Assembly (NCBI GenBank): GCA_963755715.1
Contig: CAVWLW010000059.1
Coordinates: forward strand, 64,001-128,000
DNA from: an uncultured delta proteobacterium
GTDB taxonomy: Bacteria; Desulfobacterota; Binatia; UBA9968
Length of the DNA stretch: 64,000 nucleotides
Reading direction: 5' to 3'
Of this stretch, positions 19,910 to 29,416 are shown piece after piece. The notes beneath the pieces were generated by a model, which did no database searches, was not told the DNA's origin, and saw only the letters and a list, made by a program, of their open reading frames with translations. The position numbers and the translations under genes were made by a program. Within the stretch, counting starts at the first letter, position 1. Each line of letters starts with the position of its first letter.

Positions 19910-20939
19910 ATGGTGACAAGATTTTTGTTCGGACTGTTGGTTCTGTTTTGGTCTTCTACGCTCCACGCTCAAGCGCCTTTTTACCAAGGCAAGACGATCC
20001 AGATCATCGTCGGCACCAAGGCCGGGCGATGTCTATGATCTTTATCCGCGGCTCGTCGCTGAGTTTATGCCAAAGTATATTCCGGGAAATCCAAATATTA
20101 TTATTCAGAATGTCGCCGGAGCCGCCGGACTGATCGCCACCAATCAAGTTTACAACATTGCCAAGCCCGATGGCCTGACCCTAGGCGCGATTTATCCGGC
20201 GCTTTATTTCGAACAGCTCGCCAAACGTCCGGAAGCCAAGTTCGAGTGGAACAAGTTCAATTGGATCGGCAGCACAGTGAGCTCGAACAGCTTGATGTAC
20301 ATGCGGTCCGACACGCCTTATAAAACCATCGAGGATATTCGCACCGCTTCGACGCCGCCAAAGTGCGGCGCCACCGGTGTCACATCGACCGCCTATTACA
20401 TGCCCAAACTCCTGGAAGACGCCGTCGGCGCCAAGTTCGATGTCGTGCCGGGTTATGTAGCGGGCCAGGACATCGACTTAGCCGTCGAGCGCGGCGAGGT
20501 CATGTGCCGGGCGTTCACCGTTAACGCCTTTTTCGCTCGCGAGCCATTTATCACGTGGCGCAAGAAAAACTTCGTTCGCGTCCTGTATCAGACCGGGTCG
20601 AAAAGGGATGCGAGGATCAAAGACGTTCCGTTATTTAACGAGTTGATGGACAAATACAAGACGACGGAAAATGTACGACGGTTGGTGAAAGTCGTCGTCG
20701 CCGCCGATGAGTTCGGCCGTCCCATCGTCATGCCGCCAGGGGTTCCGGCCGACCGCGTCAAGATCATCCGCGATGCGTTCAATAAGGCAATCAATGACCC
20801 AGCCCTGCTGGCGGAAGCCGAGAAGCGTCGCCTCGACATCGACCCAGCCACCGGTGAGGAACTCGACTCTTTGGCGAAAGAGGTCATGACCGCGACGCCC
20901 GACGTCGTTGAAAAAGTAAAAAAGCTCATCGGCATGTGA
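19910..20939 (+). CDS. tctC: TctC/Bug substrate-binding protein, copy 6 (group B), +1 indel near 20024
   Basis: AAGGAG-ATG 19910 MVTRFLFGLLVLFWSSTLHAQAPFYQGKT; extra G in GCCGGGCGAT; rest is ORF 20067-20939. Confidence 0.85.
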
Positions 20940-20968
20940 GCCGGATCATTGCGAACGGAAAATTTCCT

Positions 20969-22027
20969 ATGTTGAGGAAACTTGAAAGAGCGAAGTTCAC
21001 CGCTTCGCTCTTTTTTTTCATCGTGATCTACTTGAGCGCGACCGCCCACGTCGACGCGCAAAGCAACTTTTACCAAGGCAAGACGATCAGGATCGTGATC
21101 GGCTCTTCCACCGGTGGCGGCTACGATCTGTGGGCGCGGGTCTTGGCCCGGCACTACGGCAAGTACATTCCGGGCAACCCGACGATCCTGGTGCAAAACA
21201 TGCCGGGCGCTGCGTCGATCGTCGCGACCAACTATCTCTCCAACGTCGCCAAACCGGACGGGCTCACCCTCGGCGCCATCCTGCCGGCGATTTATTTCGA
21301 TCAACTGGTCGGCCGGCCGGAAGTCAAATTCGATTTCGCCAAGATCGCCTGGATCGGCTCGCCGGAACAGAACGACATCATTCACTACATGCGCGCCGAT
21401 TCGCCCTATCGAAGCATCGACGATATCCGCAAGGCCAAGGAGCCGCCCCGCTGCGGTAGTTCTGGCACGGGCACGACTGGATTTTACATCCCGCGTCTCC
21501 TCGATGAGGTGTTGGGCACCAAACACACCATTGTCAGCGGCTACCCCGGCGGCTCGGAGATCGATTTGGCGGTCGAGCGCGGCGAAGTTCATTGTTGGTC
21601 GCCCTTGGTGGCGACTTTTTTCGGCCGGGAGCCGTATATTTCCTGGCAAAAAAAAGGCTTTGTCCGCGTACTCCTCCAGACCAACCGCAAACGCGATTCG
21701 CGTTTAGCGGACGTGCCAACCATCTACGAGCTGATGGATCAATACAAAACACCGGAAGCGGGCAAGCGCCTTACGCGTGTAATCTTAGTCGCCGCGACCC
21801 TCGGCCGCCCCATCGCCGTCACCCCTGGAATACCGCCGGACCGGCTCAAGCTTCTTCGCGAAGCTTATCTCAAGACGCTGAAAGACCCGGAGCTGGTCGC
21901 TGAAACCAAAAGGCAGCGGTGGGATATCGATCCGCTGACCGGCGAGGAGATGGAACAACTTGCCAAGGAAGTCATCGCGCAACCGAAGGAAGTCATCGAA
22001 CGGATGAAATGGGTGCTCGGGAATTAA
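20969..22027 (+). CDS. tctC: TctC/Bug substrate-binding protein, copy 7 (group C)
   Basis: GSSTGGGYDLWAR, CWSPL, ends ERMKWVLGN; start could be GTG 20936. Confidence 0.88.
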   Translation: MLRKLERAKFTASLFFFIVIYLSATAHVDAQSNFYQGKTIRIVIGSSTGGGYDLWARVLARHYGKYIPGNPTILVQNMPGAASIVATNYLSNVAKPDGLTLGAILPAIYFDQLVGRPEVKFDFAKIAWIGSPEQNDIIHYMRADSPYRSIDDIRKAKEPPRCGSSGTGTTGFYIPRLLDEVLGTKHTIVSGYPGGSEIDLAVERGEVHCWSPLVATFFGREPYISWQKKGFVRVLLQTNRKRDSRLADVPTIYELMDQYKTPEAGKRLTRVILVAATLGRPIAVTPGIPPDRLKLLREAYLKTLKDPELVAETKRQRWDIDPLTGEEMEQLAKEVIAQPKEVIERMKWVLGN

Positions 22028-22029
22028 CT

Positions 22030-23112
22030 ATGAAAACTCAGTTGAGAAGTTCAAAAGTTCAAGGGTTCAATGTTCTCGGACTCATCTTGGCTCTAATCCT
22101 TGAACTTTTTAACCCATTGAACCTTGAGCGGGCGTCTGCCCAGACGCCCTTCTATCAGGGCAAAACCATCACCATGGTCGTCGCTTCCACCGTCGGGGGC
22201 GGCTACGATCTCTGGGCGCGGCTCACGGCGCGTCACATCGTCAAGTATATTCCAGGGCACCCATCGATCGTCGTGCAAAACATGCCGGGAGCCGGGAACA
22301 TCATCGGCGCCAACTATGTGTACGGCGTCGCCAAGCCCGATGGCTTGACCCTCGGCGCCGTCAATCCCGCGCTTTATTTCGATCAACTGGTGGGCCGATC
22401 CGAAGTGAAATTCGACTGGGGTAAATTCAACTGGATCGGCTCGCCGGAAAAAAACGACGTCGTCTACTACATGCGCGCCGACACCCCTTTCAAGACCATC
22501 GAAGATCTGCGCAACGCCAAGGAACCAGCCAAATGCGGCAGCACCGGCACCGGCTCCACCGGCCACTATATTCCGCGGCTGCTCGAAGAAACGCTCGGCA
22601 TCAAAACCCAGATCGTCAGCGGCTACCCCGGCGCCCCCGATATCGAATTGGCCATCGAGCGCGGCGAAGTCTTTTGCTGGTCGCCGCTGCTCGCGACCTA
22701 TTTTGGCCGCGAACCTTATCGGCGTTGGCACAAGTCCGGCTACGTGCGCGTCCTGATGCAAACCGGGGCGAAGCGCGACCCGCGCCTGAAGGACACGCCA
22801 ACGCTGAACGAGCTCATGCAACAATATAAAACTTCCGAGGCGGGTCACCGACTGGCAAAAGTAATTTTAACGGCCGCCACCCTCGGGCGGCCCATCGGCG
22901 CCGCGCCGGGCACGCCCGCCGACCGCGTGAAGATTTTGCGCGATGCCTATGCCAAAGCCATCGCCGATCCGGAATTGCTCGCTGACGCCGCTAAACAGGG
23001 ATGGGAAGTCGATCCAACCAAAGGCGAAGAGCTGCAAAAGTTATCAAAGGAAGTCATCACCCAGCCGCGCGAGATCATCGAGCGCATGAAGTGGGTGCTC
23101 GGGCGGGAATAA
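22030..23112 (+). CDS. tctC: TctC/Bug substrate-binding protein, copy 8 (group C), palindrome-encoded signal peptide
   Basis: MKTQLRSSKVQGFNVLGLILALILELFNPLNLERASAQ; ASTVGGGYDLWAR, CWSPL. Confidence 0.88.
   Translation: MKTQLRSSKVQGFNVLGLILALILELFNPLNLERASAQTPFYQGKTITMVVASTVGGGYDLWARLTARHIVKYIPGHPSIVVQNMPGAGNIIGANYVYGVAKPDGLTLGAVNPALYFDQLVGRSEVKFDWGKFNWIGSPEKNDVVYYMRADTPFKTIEDLRNAKEPAKCGSTGTGSTGHYIPRLLEETLGIKTQIVSGYPGAPDIELAIERGEVFCWSPLLATYFGREPYRRWHKSGYVRVLMQTGAKRDPRLKDTPTLNELMQQYKTSEAGHRLAKVILTAATLGRPIGAAPGTPADRVKILRDAYAKAIADPELLADAAKQGWEVDPTKGEELQKLSKEVITQPREIIERMKWVLGRE
22049..22129. repeat. GTTCAA / TTGAAC inverted array inside the signal-peptide coding region
   Basis: GTTCAA at 22049, 22057, 22065; TTGAAC-like at 22100, 22108, 22117, 22124. 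Confidence 0.85.
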
Positions 23113-23115
23113 AAA

Positions 23116-24194
23116 ATGCCAAGCCGTTCAAGAGTTCAAAAGTTCAAGGGTTCAAGGTTCTCGGACTCTTCTCCGTTCTGACCCTTGAACTCTTGAACCC
23201 TTTGAACCTTGAACCGGTATTCGCGCAAGCGAATTTCTATCAAGGTAAAACCGTTAAAGTCATTGTCGGTTCGGCGCCAGGCGGCGGCTACGATCAATGG
23301 GCGCGCCTGATGGCGCAGCACATCGGCAAACATCTTCCCGGCCACCCGACGGTGATCGTGCAAAATATGCCGGGTGCGGGCGGCGTAATCGCGGCGAATT
23401 TTGTCTACGGTCTCGCCCAGCCCGATGGCTTGACTATGGGCGCTTTCAATCCCGCGGCCTACTTCGAACAGCTCGTCGGCCGCCCGGAAATCAAATTCGA
23501 TTGGAGCAAATTTACCTGGATCGGCTCGCCGGAGAAAAATGACGTCGTCCATTTCATACGCGCCGACTCGCCGTTTAAATCGATCGACGATCTGCGCAAC
23601 GCCAAGGATCCGCCCAAATGCGGCAGCACCGGCCCCGGCACCACGGCTCATTATTTTCCCCGTCTGCTCGAGGACACGCTCGGCATCAAGACGACCGTTG
23701 TCACCGGTTATCAAGGCGGCTCCGAAATTGACCTCGCCATCGAGAGAAACGAAGTGATCTGCTGGTCGCCGCTGAGCGGAACCTACTTCGGACGCGAGCC
23801 CTACAAACGCTGGCACAAGTCCGGATTCATCCGCGCCGTCGTCCAAACCGGCGCAAAACGCGATGAGCGGTTGAAGGACACGCCGACGCTAACGGAATTG
23901 ATGCAGCAGTATAAGACGCCCGAAGCGGGCCGCCGTTTGGCAAAAGTAGTCCTAACAGCGACGACTCTCGGCCGGCCCGTCGCCGCCCCGCCGCGCTTGT
24001 CGGGCGAGCGCACGAAAATTCTGCGCGATGCCTACGCCAAGACCATGAACGACCCGGAACTTCTAGCTGAGGCGGCTAAACGCGGCTGGGATGTCGATCC
24101 GCTCACTGGCGCCGAACTAGAGTCCCTCGCGAAAGATGTCATCGCCCAACCGAAAGAAGTGATCGAGCGGATGAAGTGGGTGCTCGGGAATTGA
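23116..24194 (+). CDS. tctC: TctC/Bug substrate-binding protein, copy 9 (group C), palindrome-encoded signal peptide
   Basis: KPFKSSKVQGFKVLGLFSVLTLELLNPLNLEPVFAQ; ATG 23116 is one base out of frame (probable missing base). Confidence 0.85.
23126..23214. repeat. GTTCAA x4 / TTGAAC x4 inverted array inside the signal-peptide coding region
   Basis: GTTCAA at 23126, 23134, 23142, 23150; TTGAAC at 23185, 23193, 23202, 23209. Confidence 0.9.
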
Positions 24195-24259
24195 CCGCAT
24201 TCCGAACTTTCGCTCGAATGATCTTTGACCTCTAACCTGCCAACAAAGTGAGGTGCTCC

Positions 24260-25366
24260 GTGAAGCATGATTTTCATAATGCGCTCCTCTCCCGCTTCAC
24301 AAGTTCTAAGGTTTTAAAGTTCAAGGTCCTCTCGCTAATCACATTGCTAATTTTTGAACTTTTGAACGCCTGGAACCTTGAACCATTATTCGCGCAAGGG
24401 AATTACTACCAAGGCAAAACCATCCGCGTCATCGTCGGTTATCAAGCCGGCGACTCTCACGATCAGTGGGCGCGCACCTACACCCGCTACCTGGGCAAGT
24501 ATATTCCCGGTAATCCGAACTTTCTCGTGCAGAACATGCCCGGTGCCGGCGGCATGATTGCCGCCAACTACATTTACAACATCGCCAAGCAAGACGGACT
24601 GACCATGGGCACCATTGGCGGGGCGTTGTACTTCGCCCAACTGATCGGCCGCAGCGAGGTGAAATACGATTGGAATAAATTTACCTGGATCGGCACGCCG
24701 GAGCGCAGCGGTTTTCTGCTCTTCATGCGCACGGATGCGCCGTATAAAACTCTGGACGATATCCGCAATGCCAGTGAGCCGCCGCGTTGTTCGGCGACCG
24801 GCGTTGGCAGCAGCGGATACGATATTCCGCGCGTGCTCGAAGACACTCTCGGTTTGCGCTTCAAAGTGATCAGCGGTTACCCGGGCGGCGCCGATCAAGA
24901 CCTCGCCATGGAACGGGGCGAAGTGCACTGCCGCGCTTTTACCATCGACGCCTTTTTCGGACGCGAGCCGTTTCCGACCTGGGTGAAGAAGGGTTTTGTC
25001 CGGGTCGTGATGCAGATGGAACGCAAGCGCCATCCCAAACTCGCGGATGTGCCAACTATTTGGGAATTGATGGATCAATACAAAGTGCCGGAATCCAAAC
25101 GGCGGCTTGCCACCGTCTATCTCAACAGCGGGCTGTTTGGTTCGCGTCCGATCGTTTCAACGCCGGGTCTTTCAGCGGAACAGGCGAAGATCCTACGCGA
25201 CGCCTATGTAAAGACGCTCAAAGATCCGGAGTTCTTGGACGAGATCGCCAAGCGGGGTTGGACCGTGGACCCGGTGAGCGGCGAAGACTTACAAACGTTG
25301 GCCAAAGAAGTCACCAGCCAACCGCCGGAAGTTGTCGAATGGCTAAAGAAACTATTAGCGAAATGA
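24260..25366 (+). CDS. tctC: TctC/Bug substrate-binding protein, copy 10, palindrome-encoded signal peptide
   Basis: GTG start after GAGGTG; FTSSKVLKFKVLSLITLLIFELLNAWNLEPLFAQ; GYQAGDSHDQWAR, CRAFTIDAFFGREPF; degenerate repeat 24303-24383. Confidence 0.87.
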   Translation: MKHDFHNALLSRFTSSKVLKFKVLSLITLLIFELLNAWNLEPLFAQGNYYQGKTIRVIVGYQAGDSHDQWARTYTRYLGKYIPGNPNFLVQNMPGAGGMIAANYIYNIAKQDGLTMGTIGGALYFAQLIGRSEVKYDWNKFTWIGTPERSGFLLFMRTDAPYKTLDDIRNASEPPRCSATGVGSSGYDIPRVLEDTLGLRFKVISGYPGGADQDLAMERGEVHCRAFTIDAFFGREPFPTWVKKGFVRVVMQMERKRHPKLADVPTIWELMDQYKVPESKRRLATVYLNSGLFGSRPIVSTPGLSAEQAKILRDAYVKTLKDPEFLDEIAKRGWTVDPVSGEDLQTLAKEVTSQPPEVVEWLKKLLAK

Positions 25367-25388
25367 TCAGGCAAAAGTGAGAGCTGTC

Positions 25389-25729
25389 ATGGCACAACGA
25401 TCGCGATTGGCGTGGTTAGGCTCGTTCAAATGTTCAAGCGTTCAAGATGCTCGCGCTATCCGTCTTATTTCTTCTTGAACTTTTGAACCCGTCGAACCTT
25501 GAACGGTTATTCGCGCAGTACCACACCGGGCTTGCCGGCTGAGCGAATCAAACTGCTGCGCGAGGCGCATTGGCGGATGTTCACAGATCCGGAATGTCAG
25601 GAGGACATTTTTCTAAAAAGGCTGGAATGCGCGGCCAGTCAACAGCGAGGATTCGGCGGTACTGGAAAAGAAGTCGTCAATCAATCGCCGGAGATCGCTG
25701 CGGAACTGAAACGAAATTCGCGTCAATAA
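25389..25729 (+). pseudogene. Internally deleted tctC remnant (copy 11)
   Basis: Palindromic signal region FKMLALSVLFLLELLNPSNLERLFAQ joined directly to C-terminal TPGLPAERIKLLREA..FTDPE..KEVVNQSPE. Confidence 0.75.
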
Positions 25730-25846
25730 AATACCTCAACAGGCTCAGCTGGAAATTCGAAATTCGCTGGGAATCCGTTTGACCGCAATTACAATCTGCG
25801 GTAATGAGCAGATTCCCAGATTTGAACGAGAGCAGAGGAGACACGA

Positions 25847-27364
25847 ATGTCGGAAGCGTCCTATATGCTCAATGCATTCATAAGCGGGTTTTGGCAAACC
25901 GTCGCGTGGCCCGCATTCGGCTACATGCTATTGGGCATCATCATCGGATTCTGGGTCGGCTTACTTCCGGGAATCGGCGGCCTTTCCACCCTGGCGCTCA
26001 TGTTGCCATTTTCCTACTCCATCAAAGAGCCTATCTCTGCGTTCGCGTTTCTCCTCGGCATGCTCGCCGTTACCGGAACCACAGGCGATCTCACATCCAT
26101 TCTTTTCGGAATTCCCGGCGAGGGATCTTCGGCCGCCCTCATTCTAGACGGGTATCCCATGTCTAAAAACGGTGAGGCCGGTCGGGCCCTCGGCGCTGCG
26201 ATTATGAGCTCTCTCGTCGGCTCGGTGATAGGGGCTCTTTCTCTCGCCGTGTCCATCCCGATCGTGCGCCCGCTCGTTTTACTCTTCGGCTCGCCGGAAT
26301 TATTCATCATAGCGATCATGGGCATCACGTTCATCGGTACTCTTGCCGGCCCGTCACTCATAAAGGGATTACTCGCGGGCGGTATTGGATTGATGCTCGC
26401 AGCGATCGGCGTCGATCCGCAAACCGGATCATTGCGCTACACATTCGGGAGCCTTTACCTGTGGGATCGTCTGGATCTCATACCGGTCGTCGTCGGCATG
26501 TTCGCGATACCGGAAATCGTCGATCTAGCCGTCAGAGGCACCAGCATCGCCAGCGGCAAACAGGAGAAACTCTCTGGCGTCCTAGAAGGCTGCAAGGATA
26601 CTTTTCGACACTGGTGGCTCGTCGTACGTTGCAGCCTGATCGGCGTCTACTTCGGTATTTTACCGGTGTTAGGCGCGAACGTTGCCCAGTGGATCTCTTA
26701 TGCGCACGCCGTACAGGGACTGAAGGACAAATCCCGCGCGGGTAAAGGCGCAGTGGAAGGCGTGTTAGGCCCCGGCTGCGCCAACAACGCAACACGCGGC
26801 GGAGATCTCATTCCAACTCTTGCCTTCGGTATCCCTGGCAGCGGCAGCATGGCATTACTCCTCGGCGCCATGTTGATCGTCGGACTGAACCCTGGTCCGG
26901 AAATGCTTAAATCGCGGCTCGACGTGACCTTCTCAATGGTGTGGGTGCTGATTCTATCAAACATCATCGTCGCTGGCCTTTGTTTTCTGATATTGAATCA
27001 TCTGGCCGCTCTGACTTTTGTCCGTGGCACCTTGTTGATTCCGTTTCTCCTTTTTCTCGTGTTCATCGGATCGTTTACAGCCAACAACGATCTCGCCGAC
27101 ATCGTTGTCACGCTGCTTTTCGGCTTTATCGGTTACTTCATGATCAAGTTCGGATGGCCCAGGCCGCCGCTAGTCCTCGGTCTCACTCTCGGGAAGATCG
27201 CCGAGAATTACTTGTGGATCTCGACCGCGGCCTATGGCGCGAAGTGGCTCCTCTTCCCGACGGTGTTAGGACTCATCGCAGTGACAATCTTCACCATCGC
27301 GTTTCCCACGATCAAAGAACGGATGGGCAAAGCGAAGTACGAACGTCCGGAAGACGCGATGTAA
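25847..27364 (+). CDS. tctA: Tripartite tricarboxylate transporter large membrane subunit
   Basis: GIIIGFWVGLLPGIG signature, ILFGIPG, DGYPMSKNGEAGRAL, IPTLAFGIPGS; polytopic. Confidence 0.93.
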   Translation: MSEASYMLNAFISGFWQTVAWPAFGYMLLGIIIGFWVGLLPGIGGLSTLALMLPFSYSIKEPISAFAFLLGMLAVTGTTGDLTSILFGIPGEGSSAALILDGYPMSKNGEAGRALGAAIMSSLVGSVIGALSLAVSIPIVRPLVLLFGSPELFIIAIMGITFIGTLAGPSLIKGLLAGGIGLMLAAIGVDPQTGSLRYTFGSLYLWDRLDLIPVVVGMFAIPEIVDLAVRGTSIASGKQEKLSGVLEGCKDTFRHWWLVVRCSLIGVYFGILPVLGANVAQWISYAHAVQGLKDKSRAGKGAVEGVLGPGCANNATRGGDLIPTLAFGIPGSGSMALLLGAMLIVGLNPGPEMLKSRLDVTFSMVWVLILSNIIVAGLCFLILNHLAALTFVRGTLLIPFLLFLVFIGSFTANNDLADIVVTLLFGFIGYFMIKFGWPRPPLVLGLTLGKIAENYLWISTAAYGAKWLLFPTVLGLIAVTIFTIAFPTIKERMGKAKYERPEDAM

Positions 27365-27619
27365 TCGCCGCACGGTCTCGCTGCCGGGTTTCACCTCTCG
27401 CGTCTGGCGTATTAAGAACTCTAGGGTAAACTGCGCAGCGCTTCTAGAATTCTTGCCGAGTCAATTACTTGCTCATTGCTCACCGCTGACGGTTTGCCTC
27501 GGCGTTAATAACCAGACCTTCAAACGCAAAACCTGAAACTCAGTCGTCAAGAGTTGACAGCCCCTCACTTTCGGTGGGATAAGCAATTAAGTTTGAGGTC
27601 CAAGGGAGGAAATCCAATT

Positions 27620-29287
27620 ATGGCCCACGATCTAGTGATCAAGAACGGCACCGTGGTGGACGGCACGGGCAGCGCCGGGTTTGCCGCGGACGTAGCCGTC
27701 GATGGCGATAAGATTTCGGCGATCGGAAAAAATTTAGGCTCGGGAAAAAAAGAAATCGACGCCAAGGGACATGTGGTCGCGCCGGGATTTATCGACTCGC
27801 ACACGCACATGGACGCCTTCGTTGTGCAGTATCCGAACGGCAACCCCGTGGTCAACTATGGCGTGACGAGCATCGTCATCGGCGATTGTGGCGCTTCATG
27901 CGCACCGGTGCCGCCGAAACCCGAGCCGCGCCAGGTTCTCGTGCAATATCTGCGGCGCGTCTTGGATAAATACGTCGACGATAAAGATTGGCGATGGAAC
28001 ACCTTCGGCGAATATCTGAACTATCTCGAAGGCAAAGTCGCCATCAACTGTCTGCCGCTGATGCCTCACTCGCCGGTTCGGTTGACGGTCATGGGTGAAG
28101 CCGCCTACAGCCGCGAAGCGACACCCGAAGAGCTCGACACCATGAAAAAAATGGTGCGCGAGGGCATGGAGCTCGGCGCCATCGGATTTTCCACCAGCCC
28201 GCGCGGCGGACCGGCGATCCATGCCGGCACGCCGAGCACGTTCGCCACGCACCAGGAAATCGTCGAGCTTGCCAACGTCACCGACGAATACAACGGCTGT
28301 TTCCAGTTTAACGGCTTTCAGATGCTGCTGCAGCCGGAATCCGGCGTGCCGGAGATGCTGACGAAAATCCACGGTCTGCAGATCGGCAACGAGTTTCGTG
28401 TTCGCCCCGGCGCGAAGGCCGCGGGGATGAAGTCGATCCAATATATGGAAGAGGCGCAGCAACGCGGTCAGGATATTCACGGAGTCGTGATTCCCTATCA
28501 ACATATCCGCCGCTTCGATTTCGACGACTGCTTTCTCTTCAACGGCCTGCCGACTTGGGAAGCGATCAAGAACTCCAGCGACATCAAGACCAAGCTCAAA
28601 GACAAGGAGATCCGCCGAAAAATCGAACAAGAACGTATCGCCTGCGAAGGCAAACTGGAATTTCCCGAGTGGCATGGTTGGGACCGCGTCATGTTCGAGC
28701 ATCTGGAAAAACCGGATTTGAAAAAACTCGAACAGAAAAACGTCGAAGAGATCGCCCGCCTCACGGAAAAAGCCCCGGTGGATGCCTTCTTCGACACCTG
28801 GTTGGAAGACAATTTAAGCTCGCGCATCTGCTATCATGGCTTAGCCAACGCTCACCCGGAGTTGCTCGCCGAAATGATCAAATCCAACACGAGTCTGATC
28901 GGCACCGACGTGGGCGCGCACCTGGATCGTTTCTTCTGGCATGGCGCGCCGACCAAAATCCTCGGTTACTGGCGCCGCGAAAAGAATCTGTTCAACCTCG
29001 AGGAAGCGGTGCATAAGCTCACTGGCTTTCCAGCGAAAAGATTGCGCCTCAACCGCGGCGTTTTGAAAGAAGGAATGCCGGCCGATATCACCGTGTTCGA
29101 CGCCGATAAGATCGACGATCTCGTCAGCAAAAAATTACCCGACATGGTCGACGCCCAAGAAGTGCGCCGCCATCCGCCGGGCATGAAAGCCGTCGTCGTC
29201 AACGGCGCGACGGTCGTCGAAGGCGGTCAGTGCAATGACGTCTTCCCAGGCAAAGTGCGCCGCCAGCAATTGTGCCTGCCGAATTGA
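27620..29287 (+). CDS. N-acyl-D-amino-acid deacylase-like amidohydrolase
   Basis: DLVIKNGTVVDGTG, PGFIDSHTHMD, GTDVGAH, ADITVFD; ATG 27620 after GGAGG. Confidence 0.85.
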   Translation: MAHDLVIKNGTVVDGTGSAGFAADVAVDGDKISAIGKNLGSGKKEIDAKGHVVAPGFIDSHTHMDAFVVQYPNGNPVVNYGVTSIVIGDCGASCAPVPPKPEPRQVLVQYLRRVLDKYVDDKDWRWNTFGEYLNYLEGKVAINCLPLMPHSPVRLTVMGEAAYSREATPEELDTMKKMVREGMELGAIGFSTSPRGGPAIHAGTPSTFATHQEIVELANVTDEYNGCFQFNGFQMLLQPESGVPEMLTKIHGLQIGNEFRVRPGAKAAGMKSIQYMEEAQQRGQDIHGVVIPYQHIRRFDFDDCFLFNGLPTWEAIKNSSDIKTKLKDKEIRRKIEQERIACEGKLEFPEWHGWDRVMFEHLEKPDLKKLEQKNVEEIARLTEKAPVDAFFDTWLEDNLSSRICYHGLANAHPELLAEMIKSNTSLIGTDVGAHLDRFFWHGAPTKILGYWRREKNLFNLEEAVHKLTGFPAKRLRLNRGVLKEGMPADITVFDADKIDDLVSKKLPDMVDAQEVRRHPPGMKAVVVNGATVVEGGQCNDVFPGKVRRQQLCLPN

Positions 29288-29322
29288 CGCCCAGCATCGT
29301 TTTTTCGCAATCTCCTCTCTCG

Positions 29323-29360
29323 ATCCTAGCCCTCTCCTCGCGGAGAGGGCTAGGATGAGG
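29323..29360. repeat. Stand-alone REP-like hairpin related to the DUF559-cassette repeats
   Basis: ATCCTAGCCCTCTCC-TCGC-GGAGAGGGCTAGGAT perfect stem followed by GAGG. Confidence 0.7.
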
Positions 29361-29416
29361 TGAAACTCCCACCGCATTAATAGAAAAATATTTGGAACAG
29401 AAGGAATGACACTGCC

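Noticed and set aside
14227-25366. tctC array as diversity-generating retroelement targets or integron cassettes
   Set aside because: No reverse transcriptase or integrase in the window, no adenine-specific TR/VR pair and no attC-like sites seen between genes.
22049-25504. Recurrent GTTCAA/TTGAAC motifs as a CRISPR array
   Set aside because: Units are 6-9 nt, inverted and about 1.1 kb apart; no 25-45-nt direct repeats with spacers and no cas genes.
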